64,000 nucleotides of DNA from Podarcis bocagei. Lineage: Eukaryota. A program made the translations under genes and the position numbers. The DNA lies in the NCBI GenBank assembly GCA_964188305.1, contig OZ076890.1. One strand, given 5' to 3'. This document shows, one piece after another, positions 23,122 to 36,185 of this stretch (position 1 is its first letter; each line of letters begins with the position of its first letter). The notes beneath the pieces are model-generated. The model was not told where the DNA came from and searched no databases. It saw nothing but the letters and a program-made list of their open reading frames with translations.

Positions 23122-23644
23122 TGTTACGGCTAAAATCTGGGTGCGGGGTTACTCTGCCACCCAGCTCATCGGACTAAGTCCGTGGGTCCCTGCGGAAGAA
23201 AATGAGCTCAGCCGGACACAGGAGCAAACTGCAGAAGGTCCAAGTTTATTGCGCAACAGGTTCAAGGCGAGATTGAACCCAGAGAAAGGGGTGACATGAA
23301 CTTTTGAAATTTCCCTCCATATCCCAGAATACAGTGCAAAATACATCCCAGTTACATCATGAATACATTAAGAAGAGGTTGGGTTACACAGATTAACATA
23401 TGGAGGAGGGAGGGGTGAATATGCAGAGAGCTGGAGATATGCGCAGATAAACACATCCTGAGAAGGCAATGGTCCATGTTTGCATAGTCTGTCACCTGGC
23501 ATCGCCTGGAGGAAGGGTTTGGCAGAGTGATTTTGACTGGATTACTTGAGAGATTATGGAGGACAGGGGAGGGGTGATGGAGTCCTAGAGAAATTGAGCA
23601 AATATATTGTAGTGAAGAAGACATCCCCCCCCCCTTCCGTAACA
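23122..23644 (-). repeat. 5' LTR (523 bp)
   Basis: 8-bp terminal inverted repeat TGTTACGG/CCGTAACA. On the minus strand it is followed by GT and then the PBS. AATAAA (minus) at 23245-23250. Confidence 0.95.
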
Positions 23645-24351
23645 ATACATTGGTTGTGAACATGCCCAGAGCTATTTCCCTAAAGGCCAGCTTTTTTCAC
23701 AGGTTTCCTACTTCGAAGAGCTTTTTCTGTTTAGTTTAGTGGTTTTTGTGTGACCTTGAGGGAGAGAGGGAGAGAAGTGTTTTGGATAATGAAACGTTAA
23801 ATTGAGTTTTGGTTGGAGGAAAACTGTCTGCAACGAGAAGCAAGGTTTCCTCACATTTCAAAAGTTTTTGTATGTTTATTTAGGGTTTTTTTTGCAACAG
23901 ATGTGTAAACAATACATGAATTCAAAAGCTTATGTCATGTGGAATGGCTTAATTTCTAAATAAGAGGTATGGAGTCAATCTTGTCTGAGAATTATACTTG
24001 GGCCCTCTTACACAGAAGCTCTTCCACTGTCCATAGATGTGAAGTAAATAATTGGGTTTTTTGTGAGGTGTCAGTGGTACTGACAGTGGTACTCTGCACA
24101 CTTTATGTCCGAGTCCTATTGTGATAAAAGCAGCATGGTTAGATATTGCAGTCCTACTAAGTCAAAATGTTATCACCCCCAACTGGGAGTTGTAGTCCAC
24201 TGTTGTTTGGAGGACCTATCACTGTTTTAATGGCTAAAAACTGGATAATCATATTTGATGTAGTAATGTGGCCTGTGGGCATTAGGAAGTGATTATCCTC
24301 CAGCTCAGAATGGTTTGTGCCTTTTACTTTGTATTGCAGCATGACCTACTT

Positions 24352-24487
24352 CAGCCATAGGCAAACTCGGCCCTCCAGATGTTTTGGGACTACAACTCCC
24401 ATCATCCCTAGCTAACAGGACCAGTGGTCAGGGATGATGGGAGCTGTAGTCCCAAAACATCTGGCGGGCCGAGTTTGCCTATGCCTG
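24352..24487. mobile_element. hAT MITE (palindromic)
   Basis: Long inverted repeats with 8-bp TSD ACCTACTT at 24344-24351 and 24488-24495. Confidence 0.92.
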
Positions 24488-25139
24488 ACCTACTTGCTTG
24501 AGGGCTCTCATCTTGCTTTAGCAGACTACAGTATTTATTTCCCCATCAACACTTGTAATGAACCTTGATTATTACTGTTCTGTATCTGTGTATACCTAGA
24601 TCCTAACTATCATTATCTCCTTTTATATGGCCCAAACTCTCTATAGCACTTAGGTAGTGTAAGGGAAGCTGTTGCAGAGTAGATTCTTCATTTTATTCCA
24701 AGGAAGACAGACATGGCTGTAAGGCTTGCACAGGTTTCTTTTACTTAAAATGATCAGCCATTATAGTAGGATTGCATGATTTCAACTATACATGGCTGGT
24801 TGAAATTGTACAAGTTAAATCCAAGCAAGGTAGAGAGCTTAAAAACTCTTTTTTGCACCAGGTCGACTTGGGGTTACACGGCACATAAAGAGCTTTAAAG
24901 CTCTCTGACTTGCTTGGAGGGAACAGCCTACTCCACATGTCAGTTCTGGGGTGCTTGTATGAGATCTAATGGGGCCATCCAAGCTCCCACGAGATCTCGC
25001 ATGAGCATCCCTAGCCTCCCAGAGCTTGTGCTGAGCAGGTCTTACCCAGCAAGCAAGACAGAGAGCTTTAAAACTCTTTTTGCACCAGGTCTGCTTGGGT
25101 TGCCTGAACAAAAAAGCTTTTAAGCTCTCCGCCTTGCTT

Positions 25140-25801
25140 ACTGAGGACACACACTGGTTCTGGAAGTACAAGGGGTTCTCTCCTACTCCCGTTCACCTGC
25201 TAGCCGCAAGGGCAGCTCCCAAGGTTTTTGTTATTGGTAGGAATGCTGGCAGTAAATCACACAGTGCAAGTTGGTGTTAACTATTAGCAAGAACATGATC
25301 TGCACAGACTTGGAGTGTCAGGTCTAATGAGCACAGTAGCTCATCCCTGGGAGGTGTTGCCTCATGGACCAGTCACTGAGACTGAAAGTCCCCTCACAGC
25401 CGTCAAAGTTCCCTTCTTTCCAAGCAATCGGAAACTCTGTCTGTAAAAAGCCAACCTCTCCTCCTCTCTTTTCATGCCTCTTCTGGTTCTGGGAGACAGG
25501 GGAGGGGAACTTACTGCAGCAGGAGGGGGAGACACCCATGTCTCTTCACCAGCCTGACTCTTCTTTGCCTCTTGGCATCCCTCCTCCCCTGCTTTAGCTT
25601 CAGCCTCTGCCTCTGGACTGCCACAGCCTCTACCTGCTTACTAAACCCTGTTACCTCTTCAGCTTCCAACACCTCCTTCCTCCAATATTCTCCCTCCTCA
25701 TTGTCCTGCCACCACTCCACGGGCTCTGAGCCTGAGCCGCCTTTTCTTGGTGGTTCCCCAGCTGGCTCCTCCCACCATTTCTCTGCAACCAGTCCATGAC
25801 A
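25140..25801 (-). mobile_element. Probable solo LTR (Gypsy-like), left boundary uncertain
   Basis: The minus strand begins TGTCATGGACTGG with a purine-rich body. No TSD could be confirmed. Confidence 0.45.
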
Positions 25802-28489
25802 TCTATATGCAATTTTTGTGTATATGCCGAACCCATGCAACTGAATGTAAGATGTGATCTACTGTACACCTTACAAACAGAAGCAAGCAGGGAAGGTGGA
25901 AACTGAAACTAAACTTGCAACCCGGGAAAGCCTTCCAGATACATACCTCTTAGTGTCCTTTTCGTTTTAATACAGTGAGTATTAATTAAAGGCTGTTGCC
26001 TAGTCCAGCGAAACTAAATGTAGTGTTGGAGACTAAAGCAGATTACTTAAAATCTCTTCAAGCCTATACATATGATTTTGAGTGTGTCTTTAATCATTTG
26101 GGCTTTTTTTTTAAAAAAAAATTGTTATTTCAGCCCCATCTGAGATTGAAGGTCTTGTTACATCTACTGTATTACGTAGATACTAATTGTGATCTGTACT
26201 GTGCAACCACATAATTAGCAGCGCTCAATGCATAGCAGTGTCATTGTGGCTCACACCTGTGCTTGGTGTTGCTGACTAGTTGGCTGCTGCACACTTATAT
26301 GGTGCATGTCTTCAACTGAGCCACCCTCTGACTACAATCCTGCCAAGTGATGGAAGCCAACTTCTTATTCACTCAGCATTGATAGCCAGTTACTTTCTAA
26401 CCCTGATCTCCTTAGTCACCCTTAGTAGACATCAGTGTGGAGACATTTGTTCCAAGACTACAATGTTTTGAATTAGAATGACAAGTGGGAAAATAGGAAA
26501 CGGACATATTCTGATGAGAACAGGTGACTTACGTGAAACAGGCAAGTTATAATGCCAGAGCTAATAATTTAAACTTTATCTTTTGAACCCCGTTTCAGTG
26601 CCTTTGCCACATTTCAGTCACAACCAAACGTTTTGTTATACAAAATGGCTTTCCTATACTCTGACACTATATAGTGAATTATAAGGAACTGAGCAATGGC
26701 TAGTCTCTCCTGCTTCAACTTTTTAGAGGGGAGTTAAAACCAGTCTGGCGGGGATTCGGTTTGTGGGGGCTGATTGGAGAGGGAGAAGCAAGCTCTCCGA
26801 GATTCTTGCGTTGGTTCAGAACTGATGCAGCTTTGGGGAAAGCACTGCCCATGTGTGCTTGCTTGCTTGTTTGCTGGGGCCAATCTATACTACAAAAGAC
26901 ACTGCAATTCTCCAGTCTTCAACCATGCACAAATAAGTTGACCCTGCAAAGTGGTCCTGGACTTCCTTCAGCTTGGGGAGCTTGCAGCAATATCCATGCA
27001 TTGAGGCACACACACATAAGCACAATGTCAGAGGAGACAGACAAGCAGAAACAGGTAGTCTGGAATGTAATCTTCTATTGAGAGAAAAGCAATTTATGCC
27101 GGTTTCCAAATGTACTGGTTGGAACTGGTTAATGAAAATAAGCATAGTGCCAAGGGAAAATTTGCAAGATGGCTAAAAGCAGAGTCTGCTGAGAACATGG
27201 CAGCAGATTGAAAAGAACCCCAAATCACTTCAATTCCCTTGTACTTTGTTTTCCTCACCTTGCCCATTCTGTGTACCATATCTGTGAAAGGACAAAAAAT
27301 GTTATTTTTATATTTGCTTGGCAAAGTATCCATTATAGCGGCAGCTAAAGTTAGTTTGCAAAGCCAGAATTTTCTCTCTCCCAGTGTTTGGAAACACAAT
27401 AACGTCTGCCAACTTACTCTGAAGGAGTCTCTCTCTCTCTCTCTCTCTCTCTGCTTCAGAGAGCCAGTTGGCCCTGGAACATCTGGCAGATTTGACTGAA
27501 TAATTGGACCGAGAAGAAGGCCACGCAGTGCCAACAGCAACAGAATGCCCTGGGGCCAGAAAGAGAGTGAATGTCATTGAATGTGGGGGAGAAAAGAGAG
27601 AGAAGTCTCCTCAGAGAAACTGCTCATTTCTCTCTGCTGATTTTGAGTCACAAGTACAAAACAGAAAATGCATACAGGGTTCTGACAAACTACTTGATGT
27701 GTACTGCTGGATGTGAGACCTTTACCAGGCACAGATATTGTTGTTCTGAAGGCTTACTTAGAAAATAAAATGTAATTTACTGTACTGTAGGCCATGCAAG
27801 TGAAGTGCATGTCCAAATCCCTTTTTCTTTCTTTCTTTTGAGCTCACAGCTAAATACGTGAAAAGGTTAAACACCTAATTAAATGTGGAAAACTAGTTTG
27901 ACCACTGATCTGTAGGAAAAGTGATTTAAGCTGCAATCTTCAAACCACTTTATTTTAAATAGTCCCAAAGAGGTCACTGGAGTTAAGTAGTTTGATGACC
28001 ACAGTCTTAGCAACATAAGTGAAAGTATTAATGGAGCAACTGTCAGAACTACAAAACCACCCACACTCAAATTTGCCATGCTTGTATGATGTGGTTGGTA
28101 GCAGGGTAACCAAATGCCAGAGAGGATGGGGCCCCTTAAACCTTTAGTGGTTGTGTGGTAGGGAGAATTTTGACAAGTGCAGCTTGTCATGCAGGGATGA
28201 GAAAAGCACCACCTCTTGAAATTAAAACTTGAGGGTGGTTAAATGCAAAGCATCTCTATCTGATTAGCAGCAGCACATCTACTGATCACTGGGAGCACTT
28301 CCAGGCAACCTATTTATTGATAATTCATCCCACTTTCTTTCCACAAGTTTGCAGGGAGGTTAGATGATGCCAGCTATTTATTGTGGTGAGGTTATATGGC
28401 ATCACATAAAGCCAGTGTTATTTCACACTTTCCAGTGCATTTCCATCACTTTCCTTATGGCTAAAAGTCCAGGTTTGTTGCTCAAGAGC

Positions 28490-28835
28490 AGAGATGGGCG
28501 AATCCGTCAATTTCAATTTCTCTTAAATTCAGCTCTCCACATTTCCACATCGTTTTGTGACTTTTTCTGACTCCACGTGAAAATACATCAGCATTTGATG
28601 GAAATCTCTCCCAATACATATATTTTTGCAAGCAATTCTCTCTGATATGCTTTGTATGATACATTTTAATGCACATTTTACCTAGTGTATGCATTTTTGT
28701 ACACATTACTTGGTTGGAGAACTGCACTGCAGAATTCAGAGACGTGCAACTTTCAAAGGATTACTGTGCTACAGATTGCATATTGTTTTAGCAAGTGTTA
28801 ATTAGGTAGGCTCACCGTTAAATGTGATCTGAATC
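28490..28835 (+). repeat. Dispersed AT-rich repeat (related copies at about 10915-11190 on + and 45915-46410 on -)
   Basis: Shared TGGAGAACTGCA(C/T)TGCA and ATGCATTTTT motifs across the three loci. Confidence 0.55.
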
Positions 28836-29109
28836 AAATCTCTTCCCCAACCTTACCCAAGAGTTCCAAATCAGTTTGAAATTGTGCAACCTGAATTTGC
28901 TGGTATGTGATTGAATCCTGCCTGAAAATAGAGACAGTCTGGAAGTTCCCTGGGACTCTTGGGTTTGGTTCTGGGTCAGGAATGATAGTCATTTGTAGTC
29001 GAGAATGGTACTGGAGTGGGGATTCCAATGGAATTGTGTAATAAGGCTGAAGGAGATGGGGCACTGGCGACCAGCTAATATTGTAGTGGTATTACCTTTA
29101 TGTGGATAA

Positions 29110-29475
29110 GGGACGCGGGTGGTGCTGTGGGTAAAACCTCAGTGCCTAGGACTTGCCGATTGCATGGTCGGCGGTTCGAATCCCCACGGCGGGGTGAGCT
29201 CCCGTCTTTCGGTCCCAGCTCCTGCCCACCTAGCAGTTCGAAAGCACCCCCAAGTACAAGTAGATAAATAGGTACCACTTTATAGCTGGAAGGTAAACGG
29301 TGTTTCTGTGTACTGTGCTGGTGCTGGCTTGCCAGAGCAGCTTCATCACGCTGGCCACGTGACCCGGAAGTGTCTCCGGACAGCGCTGGCGCCCGGCCTC
29401 TTAAGTGAGATGGGCACACAACCCTAGAGTCGGACACGACTGGCCCGTACGGGCAGGGGTACCTTTACCTTTTTA
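29110..29475 (+). mobile_element. Sauria (Squam1) SINE, variant subfamily
   Basis: Same head and (ACCTTT)n tail. TTTATGTGG occurs on both flanks. Confidence 0.9.
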
Positions 29476-29769
29476 CTTTTATGTGGTGGTGTGGAAGGGA
29501 AGACAGTAGTAGGGTGGGTGGAGCAATAGCTTTGATTTGAACTACACTGGGAACTTTATAAGAAATAAAGTCAACTCTGTAAAATGAAAATGCATTTTCA
29601 GGACTTGGAATCTGGTTGAAGTCTTCCTGAGCTTTGGTTTCTCTTCAGTCCCTTTGCCCATATTATTTAGTGGTGGATTTTGAAAGGACACTCTGAGGTT
29701 TAACTCCCTAGTAGATTTAGTGAAAGTTACAGGAAGATGGTCCATTCGAAGCTTTCACCTGAAATTTAT

Positions 29770-30140
29770 GGGTCACCAACTTGGATGCCTTTAAAGGAGG
29801 ATTAGACAAATTCCTTGAGGGTAATGCCATCAGTGTATACTGGCCATGAAGGGTATCATTGGGAGCTGTTTGCAACCACAATATTAGAAGCTCAGCTTGA
29901 AGGTATACCATGGATGAAGAAAGGTACCACTAGGGCCAAGAGGAACCCTGCATGGTTAAGAAGCAGAGTTAAAGATGCTGTTAAAGGTGAGAAACTGTCC
30001 TGTGCAAACCGAAGTCTTGTCCAAACGTGGAAAACAAACACCACACTGGAAATCATTAGGAAACAGATTGAAAATGAAACTGCCAATATCAGAATGCCAT
30101 TGCACAAGTCTATGGTGCAACCACTCTTAGAAAACTGTGT
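29770..30140 (+). mobile_element. CR1 fragments
   Basis: CACCAACTTGGATGCCTTTAAAGGAGGATTAGACAAATTC and IRKQIENETANIRMPLHKSMVQPLLENCVQ match CR1 ORF2 motifs. Confidence 0.65.
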
Positions 30141-30141
30141 A

Positions 30142-30326
30142 CAGGCAACACACAATTTTCACAGGAGTTGTGTTCTGGATCATCACTTGCGATGGTGGAG
30201 TGCGCACTACACCCCATTATGCCTCCGCTTCAATTTCACCTCTTTTTCTGGCCACTTCCAGGTTACCGCAATATGTGCATGCACGGTCAAGTGTCAATTG
30301 GACATGCTTGAATCAGTTGCTGCCTG
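30142..30326. mobile_element. TA-flanked MITE (related copy at 10285-10444)
   Basis: TA-CAGGCA...TGCCTG-TA. Shares TCAATTGGAC with 10285-10444. Confidence 0.55.
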
Positions 30327-31234
30327 TACAGATCTGGTTACCTCACCATACATAAACCAGAAGGAATGTCCATTCTTTTGTAGCCACTAGTATATAGTCC
30401 ACACTATAAAAAGCCTGGACAAAGACCAGAATAGCCAGATCAAAACTTTTATGTGTACAAATACATGTGTACATAGTATGGTTTGGTAGAAAGAAGTGAG
30501 GAAAGGAGGAAGAGGAAACAAAAAGCATAGGTGCCAGATCTCTAAGTTTTATGGGATGGGAGGTGGGGTTGAACTTTTTTGAATTTAGTAAAAATCCATT
30601 GTAGCCTCTTACAGATATAAATATCATATCAATATTGATCTTCAGTAGCCTTTCATATGCCTTTTTAATGTCTTGACCTGTCTAAATAAATGGTGTTATT
30701 TTAAGCAGGAGCAGTCGAGCATTTGCTGGATATCCTCCTTCCTCTGCTCCCCCCCCCTTCAATTCATGCTGCTTCAGTTTCCCCTCCCATACCACTTTTC
30801 TTTATACAGTGGGATTAATCCATCAAGTCAAATTGGGGGGGGGGGGGTAAAGGAGGGTAATGATAGTGCACTCCAGTGAGCATTGGAGAGGCCCCCATTC
30901 ATGGGTCAACAAAACCAGGGAAGAAGCTTGGACTTAATCAGCTAAGGAGTGCTCTGGCATGGCAGACAATTAACATCAAAGACTCGGGGAAAGGGTGAAA
31001 AGTGAAAGAAAAGCTTGGAAATCCAATTCCTTTTTATTTTTTAAAAATGGGAGGGAGCCTAAGAAAAAAGTAAACAGATGGGTGATTGGTTAGTAGAGAT
31101 TACCTTGTAGGCTTGGAAAGGGCAAAATATAATGATCAAAACTAGGTAAGAAGGTAGGAATTTGGAGTGATCACCTGCCCATTTTGAAGTACATGCACGA
31201 TCAGATTGCTTTCCCCCTATCCAAGCTGCTATGA

Positions 31235-31235
<1 letters not shown>

Positions 31236-31268
<33 letters not shown>

Positions 31269-31283
31269 TTATTTATTATTATT
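31236..31283. repeat. (TTA)n microsatellite
   Basis: Seen directly. Confidence 0.9.
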
Positions 31284-31593
31284 TTAAATGGCTCTGTGCA
31301 ATCTACATATATCTGAATTAATTGCAGTATGTAAATAGCAATCACTCCTTATCCCTCATCAGCAATGGCAACTGTTGAGATATATTTTTTAATAAAATAT
31401 TTCATTTTGTCTGCATTTGACACCTGATATATGTGTTTTTAGGATGCATCCCAGTCTTTGGATTGTAAACTGTTTTAACTGATTTTAAATGGTATTATTC
31501 TATTGCTGTAACCTACCCTAGGACCTTCTAGTGAAGGGTACGTAAGGGTGGGTAAGATATCTAAATAATGATCATAATCATAACAGAGCTATC

Positions 31594-31733
31594 CAGTGCT
31601 ATTTTTGTAGAAAAAGAGGTGCTGGAACTCACCATGAATGCCTCTCATTATTCTCTTATAATGACAATGGCGCCGAAATGAGAGGTGCTGGAACTGAGTT
31701 CCGGCGAGTTCCGGCTGAAAAAAAAAAGCCCTG
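31594..31733. mobile_element. hAT MITE (second family; reverse copy at about 3342-3478)
   Basis: CAGTGCTATTTTT...AAAAAAAGCCCTG with 8-bp TSD GAGCTATC. Confidence 0.85.
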
Positions 31734-32039
31734 GAGCTATCTGTGTTAAAACCACCCTCACTATTAAGATAATCTCTCATTAAGAAAAATAGTCTCTTCT
31801 CCAAGTCCTCCAAATCACAGAAGTTAAGTCAATAGTGACTCAGGATTGGACCTTTTCTACTCGTAACACTCTGCTTATGGAACATTCTCCCCAAGAAGGC
31901 AGAATACTATTTTTTTAAATTATTATTTGTACTGATCTTTTTGATCTTTCTGCCTTTTCTAGGGTGGGTCTTTCCCACAGTTTTCGTAAGACTGATGTTG
32001 TGCTGCCACTCTTTTAATAACTTAAATTTTATTATTTTC

Positions 32040-32560
32040 TGTTTTAAAAAATTTTATTGGAATTTAATTTACAACATAACACAACCCCCCACCCTCAATA
32101 CACATTAAATGTGAGCATAACATACAGTGAACATAACACACAACAATACAAACAACCAAATACAAACAACCTTTATCCTGTATCTGGCCTCCTTATTTAC
32201 TTCTTAGAAACTGTGTCCTTTATGAATAATTATTAAGATTTTTCTAATTATAACTTAAATATTCACAAAGTCTCCTGCAGACATTAATCGAAACAAGTCC
32301 AGGTATGTATTTTAGGACACTGTTTTGTGAAGTATTCTCTGCATTTCCCCCATGCTTTTTGAAATTCTTGTCAAGTGTGATCTCTAACTGCCTCTGTTAA
32401 TCTAGCCAGTTCAATGTACTCTAACAGTTTGTCTTGCCATTCCTTTTTTGTTGGCACAGTTTCTTTTTTCCAGTTTTTAGCAATTGGGATCCTTGCCGCT
32501 CCTGTGGCATAGAGGAATATTTTCTGACCTTCTCTTGCTATGCCTGTGCCTGCATGGCAT
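32040..32560 (-). mobile_element. L1/Tx1-type LINE 3' fragment
   Basis: Minus translation FLYATGAARIPIAKNWKKETVPTKKEWQDKLLEYIELARLT is typical of the L1-clade ORF2 C-terminus, followed by an A-rich tail. Confidence 0.65.
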
Positions 32561-33152
32561 AGGCAAATTTTATTATTTTCAATCATGTCTGATGTTCTGA
32601 ATGTCTTTTTATTTGGACCGGAGAGCTAAGTCGAAAACGTTTTAGGAAAATAAATAAATACAGGGTTGCATTCTAATTTGATTAGGGAAACTGGTATTTG
32701 GATACAGTGTGAGTTTTTGAAGGAACAAGTTATGCAGGAAAGACGTCTTACTGGAAATGATGGAATTTCTATGTACCCCTGCTTTAAGCCTTTTCCTGTA
32801 TGGTTTTTCATTTGCGTTTCTTTAAAACTAGCATAGTACACAGGCAGCACACTGCACGGCCATATGTCTGGGTAGACACTCAGTTACTGCTTAAAAACTA
32901 TCTTAGTCTAAAGGGAGGTGGTTAAATTTTATTACTTAAATTTACAGTGCAACAAAAAGGCTCACATTAATCCTGATATATGTGAACAGATCTCTGTGGA
33001 TTCCAGTAGTTGCCTCCATCTACTGCTGTTGTCCACTGCTGCTGGTTCGAAATGCTTTCTTCTGGAATCTATTTAAACAGCATAGCCTTTTTGGATAGTT
33101 GGGATCGGTGAGGGTTACCTGTTTGTTCCTGCTAAGTATTCATCGCATAGTA

Positions 33153-33449
33153 CAGTGGTGCCCCGCAAGACGAATGCCTCGCAAGACGAAAAACTCGCTA
33201 GACAAAAGAGTTTTCCGTTTTTTGAGTCATTCCGCAAGACGAATTTCCCTATGGGCTTGCTTCGCAAGACGAAACGTCTTGCGAGTTCTTGCGAGTTTGT
33301 TTCCTTTTTCTTAAAGCCGCTAAGCCGTTAATAGCCACTAAGCCGCTAATAGGCGCTAAGCCGCTAATAGCCGTGCTTCGCAAGATGAAAAAACCGCAAG
33401 ACGAAGAGACTCGCGGAACGGATTAATTTCGTCTTGCGAGGCACCACTG
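33153..33449. mobile_element. Tc1/mariner-pogo MITE, family B
   Basis: TA TSD and TIR CAGTGGTGCCYCGCAAGACGAA, with internal CGCAAGACG and GCCGCTAA repeats. Confidence 0.88.
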
Positions 33450-35758
33450 TACAAATTTGCATTGTAGGCAGCAGTCCTGTACATACTTCCCAAATCTGAG
33501 AGTAAGCCCAGTTGAATTCAGTGGGCCTTGCTTATGAGTGGACATGCATTGTAAGTTATCCAAACTTAACATATGCGGATATGCAGGTTTTAGGGAGAGG
33601 GGACTGAACTATTTCCCCTGTTCTTGGTCCATTTAATGTTTTGGGGGGTCCATTTCTAGGAATGAAGTTTTTGTTCCCTAATTTGTTTGGATGGTAGTGA
33701 GAGATACTACCTGCACAGAAAGTGACAAACTGAAAAAGCCAAGTTTTGTTTTATTTGGGTGGGGAGTGCCCAGGGTGGGGGGAGATGCTATGGAGCAGGA
33801 CAGGATTTCACGAATCTTTACAAGGAGTCTTTTATCCCTTAACTGGCCTCACATAATTTCTGGGCTCTTTTATATACCTCTGGAGCACCACTAAGAAACA
33901 TTACACTGCCAGTGTAATTTACAGCCTTCTGAGCTACAAGGGAACTGAACTGAAACATATTTGCAGGGGAGTTTGCAGCTGCCATTTCCCCATTTTTAGC
34001 TTCACACTGTTCTCTCTTCTAGCATAAATTACGTTTTTGTTCTAATTTGAGTGGTTAGGGGTTTGATGGCTCATCAATTCATTCATTTATTCATTTAATA
34101 TATTTATATACTGCTTAATACGTAGGACAGTTTCTAAGTAGTTTACAAATAACTAATACTATATAGTAGCAATTAGACAGAGAAACCGCCAGTGTGTTGA
34201 AAGTTGAACAAAGCTACAACACAATGCAACAAAGCAATAAAATACCCCCGGATGAAAACATAGCAGTGTAGTTTGGATGTGCTGGTTGGAGCTGATGGGA
34301 GTTGTAGTCCAGCGAACATTTGGAGGGTACCAGGTTGTCTACCCTGGATTACAGCATGCAGTCAGAGCCAGTTTAACATTTTACTACGTGAAGTAGGCTA
34401 TTCTGCTGCCAGTCTCCCACCTTCCCTTCTCTTTTGTTCTGTGTAAGCTCACATCAGATCTCCACAATAAACACATGAACCAGTGTAACCTCATAGCTAA
34501 AGGGGTAATTTTATTTTGCAAAAATGGAAGGGAGCAAATTATAAAGCATTCTCTGTTACACAGCACTGTACAGCTAGTAGAATGTGTGTGTGATCCGTTT
34601 TTTGTTTTAAAGAGAGAAACCATTGCCCACAACTTAAGTAGATGACTTTTCCACAAGTCTTTTGTTATTGGAAGTGGGGTACAATAAATCAAGGGGACTT
34701 ACTGTCAAGAAACCTGGAGTAATCTTACGCAAACACCACAGTCAAATCCCCAGGACTCAAAAATGAAGAGGAGGAGGAAGGATATCTCAGAGGTAAAATA
34801 AATTATGTGAAGGAAGCCTTAGTGCAGATGTTCCTCAGTTCAAACCCCGTAAGAACAACATAACTGAGTGATCACGCTGAAAGCAGAAAGGCTGCAGCCT
34901 GCATAGTCCTGTTTGGCTCAGAACATTCCCCGCCCTGTAGTTCCATCCCTCCCCTTAAAACTCAGAAGAATTTAAGCATTGCAAACCTATTTAACTTTTA
35001 TTATGCCAGCAAATTCTAAATTCTTTTTTAAAAATTACCTTCTGAGGCTTTTGGTAGAGCATCAATCTTTACTTCCATTTAAAATGAGGATATTGCTACA
35101 GAGTCAGTACTTGGACATCAGTGCCCCAAACAGATACACAAGCACACATGGCAATAATTAAGTGCTTCCCCATGTTGCAGTTCGACATCTCTGGTGGTAT
35201 GTGTGTGAGAGTATGTGCCAAGCCAAGTGTACAAGGCCATTCCTTGGACTTTTCCCACCTCATTGCCATCTTGAGATCCAAGTATAGCTTCGGACCCTGG
35301 TACCTAAAAGAGCGCCTTCCCCACTATCAAACACCTTGAGCCATATGATAATCAGAAGAGGCCTGGTTGGCAGTGAGCCATGACAGGGCCTTCTTGGTAG
35401 TGGTTTCCCATGTGTAACGCCCTCCCTAGTGAGAGGTGTCAGTCGCCCTCATTAACTTTTAGGAGATTTTAGTAATAATTATAATAGTAATAATAGTCCT
35501 GGCAGGACTATTCTTGCATACCCATTCTTGCATACCCATCGGTAGTATCTGTAGGGCTTCTGTGAAATAAGAAGGAGGTATTGGCATGTTCAGGGGAACC
35601 CCAAAGTTTTCAGAAATAGTTTACACAATCTTTAGGTGGGGAGCCCTAAGTGTGTAAAAAGCCACAAAATAGCTCAATAAAGACTGAGAATATTCAGTGG
35701 CCGCAGATGCTGAATACCTGTTGTGGGAGACAGTTGGAAATACTAGGTGAAATGGAAC

Positions 35759-36185
35759 AGAATCATAGAATTGTAGAGTTGGAAGGGACCCCGAGGGTCA
35801 TCTAGTCCAACCTCTTGCAATGCAGGAATCACAGCTAACGCATCTATGACACATGGCCATCCAACCTCTGCTTTTAAAAAAGGAGAGTCCACAACCTCCT
35901 GAGGGAGACTGTTCCACTCCCAAACAGTGCTTACTGTCAGAAAGTTCTTGACGTTTAGTTGGAATCTCCTTTCTTGAAACTTGAATCTATTGGTACAGGT
36001 CCTAGCCCCCATGTGACAGCCCTTTACATATTTGTAGGTGGCTGTCAAATCTCCTCTCAGTCTTCTCTTTTCCAGGCTAATCATACTCAGCTCCTTCAAC
36101 TGTTCATCACAAGGCTTGGTTTCCAGACCCTTGATCATCTTGGTTGCCCTCCTCTGCACATGTTCCAGCTTCTCAATTTCCTCCT
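35759..36185 (-). mobile_element. CR1 LINE 3' end (5'-truncated)
   Basis: ORF 35743-36201 (EKLEHVQRRATKMIKGLE...SLEKRRLRGDL..YKY) is the CR1 ORF2 C-terminus. ATTCTATGATTCT tail. Confidence 0.9.

Larger units (their letters stand above)
16604..23644 (-). mobile_element. Full-length non-autonomous LTR retroelement / endogenous retrovirus-like element (about 7.04 kb, no intact gag/pol/env)
   Basis: Direct repeats at 16604-17126 and 23122-23644 with TGTTACGG...CCGTAACA termini. ATAC is duplicated at 16600-16603 and 23645-23648. The PBS and AATAAA lie on the minus strand. No retroviral ORF appears in the six-frame track. Confidence 0.95.

Noticed and set aside
29815-30390. 191-aa ORF, the longest in the window
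   Set aside because: It has no ATG at the listed start and is a mosaic of CR1 remnants and a MITE, so it is not a gene.
33153-33449. CRISPR-like spaced repeats (CGCAAGACG)
   Set aside because: Spacing is irregular, the context is eukaryotic and the repeats lie inside TA-flanked TIRs. They are MITE subterminal repeats.
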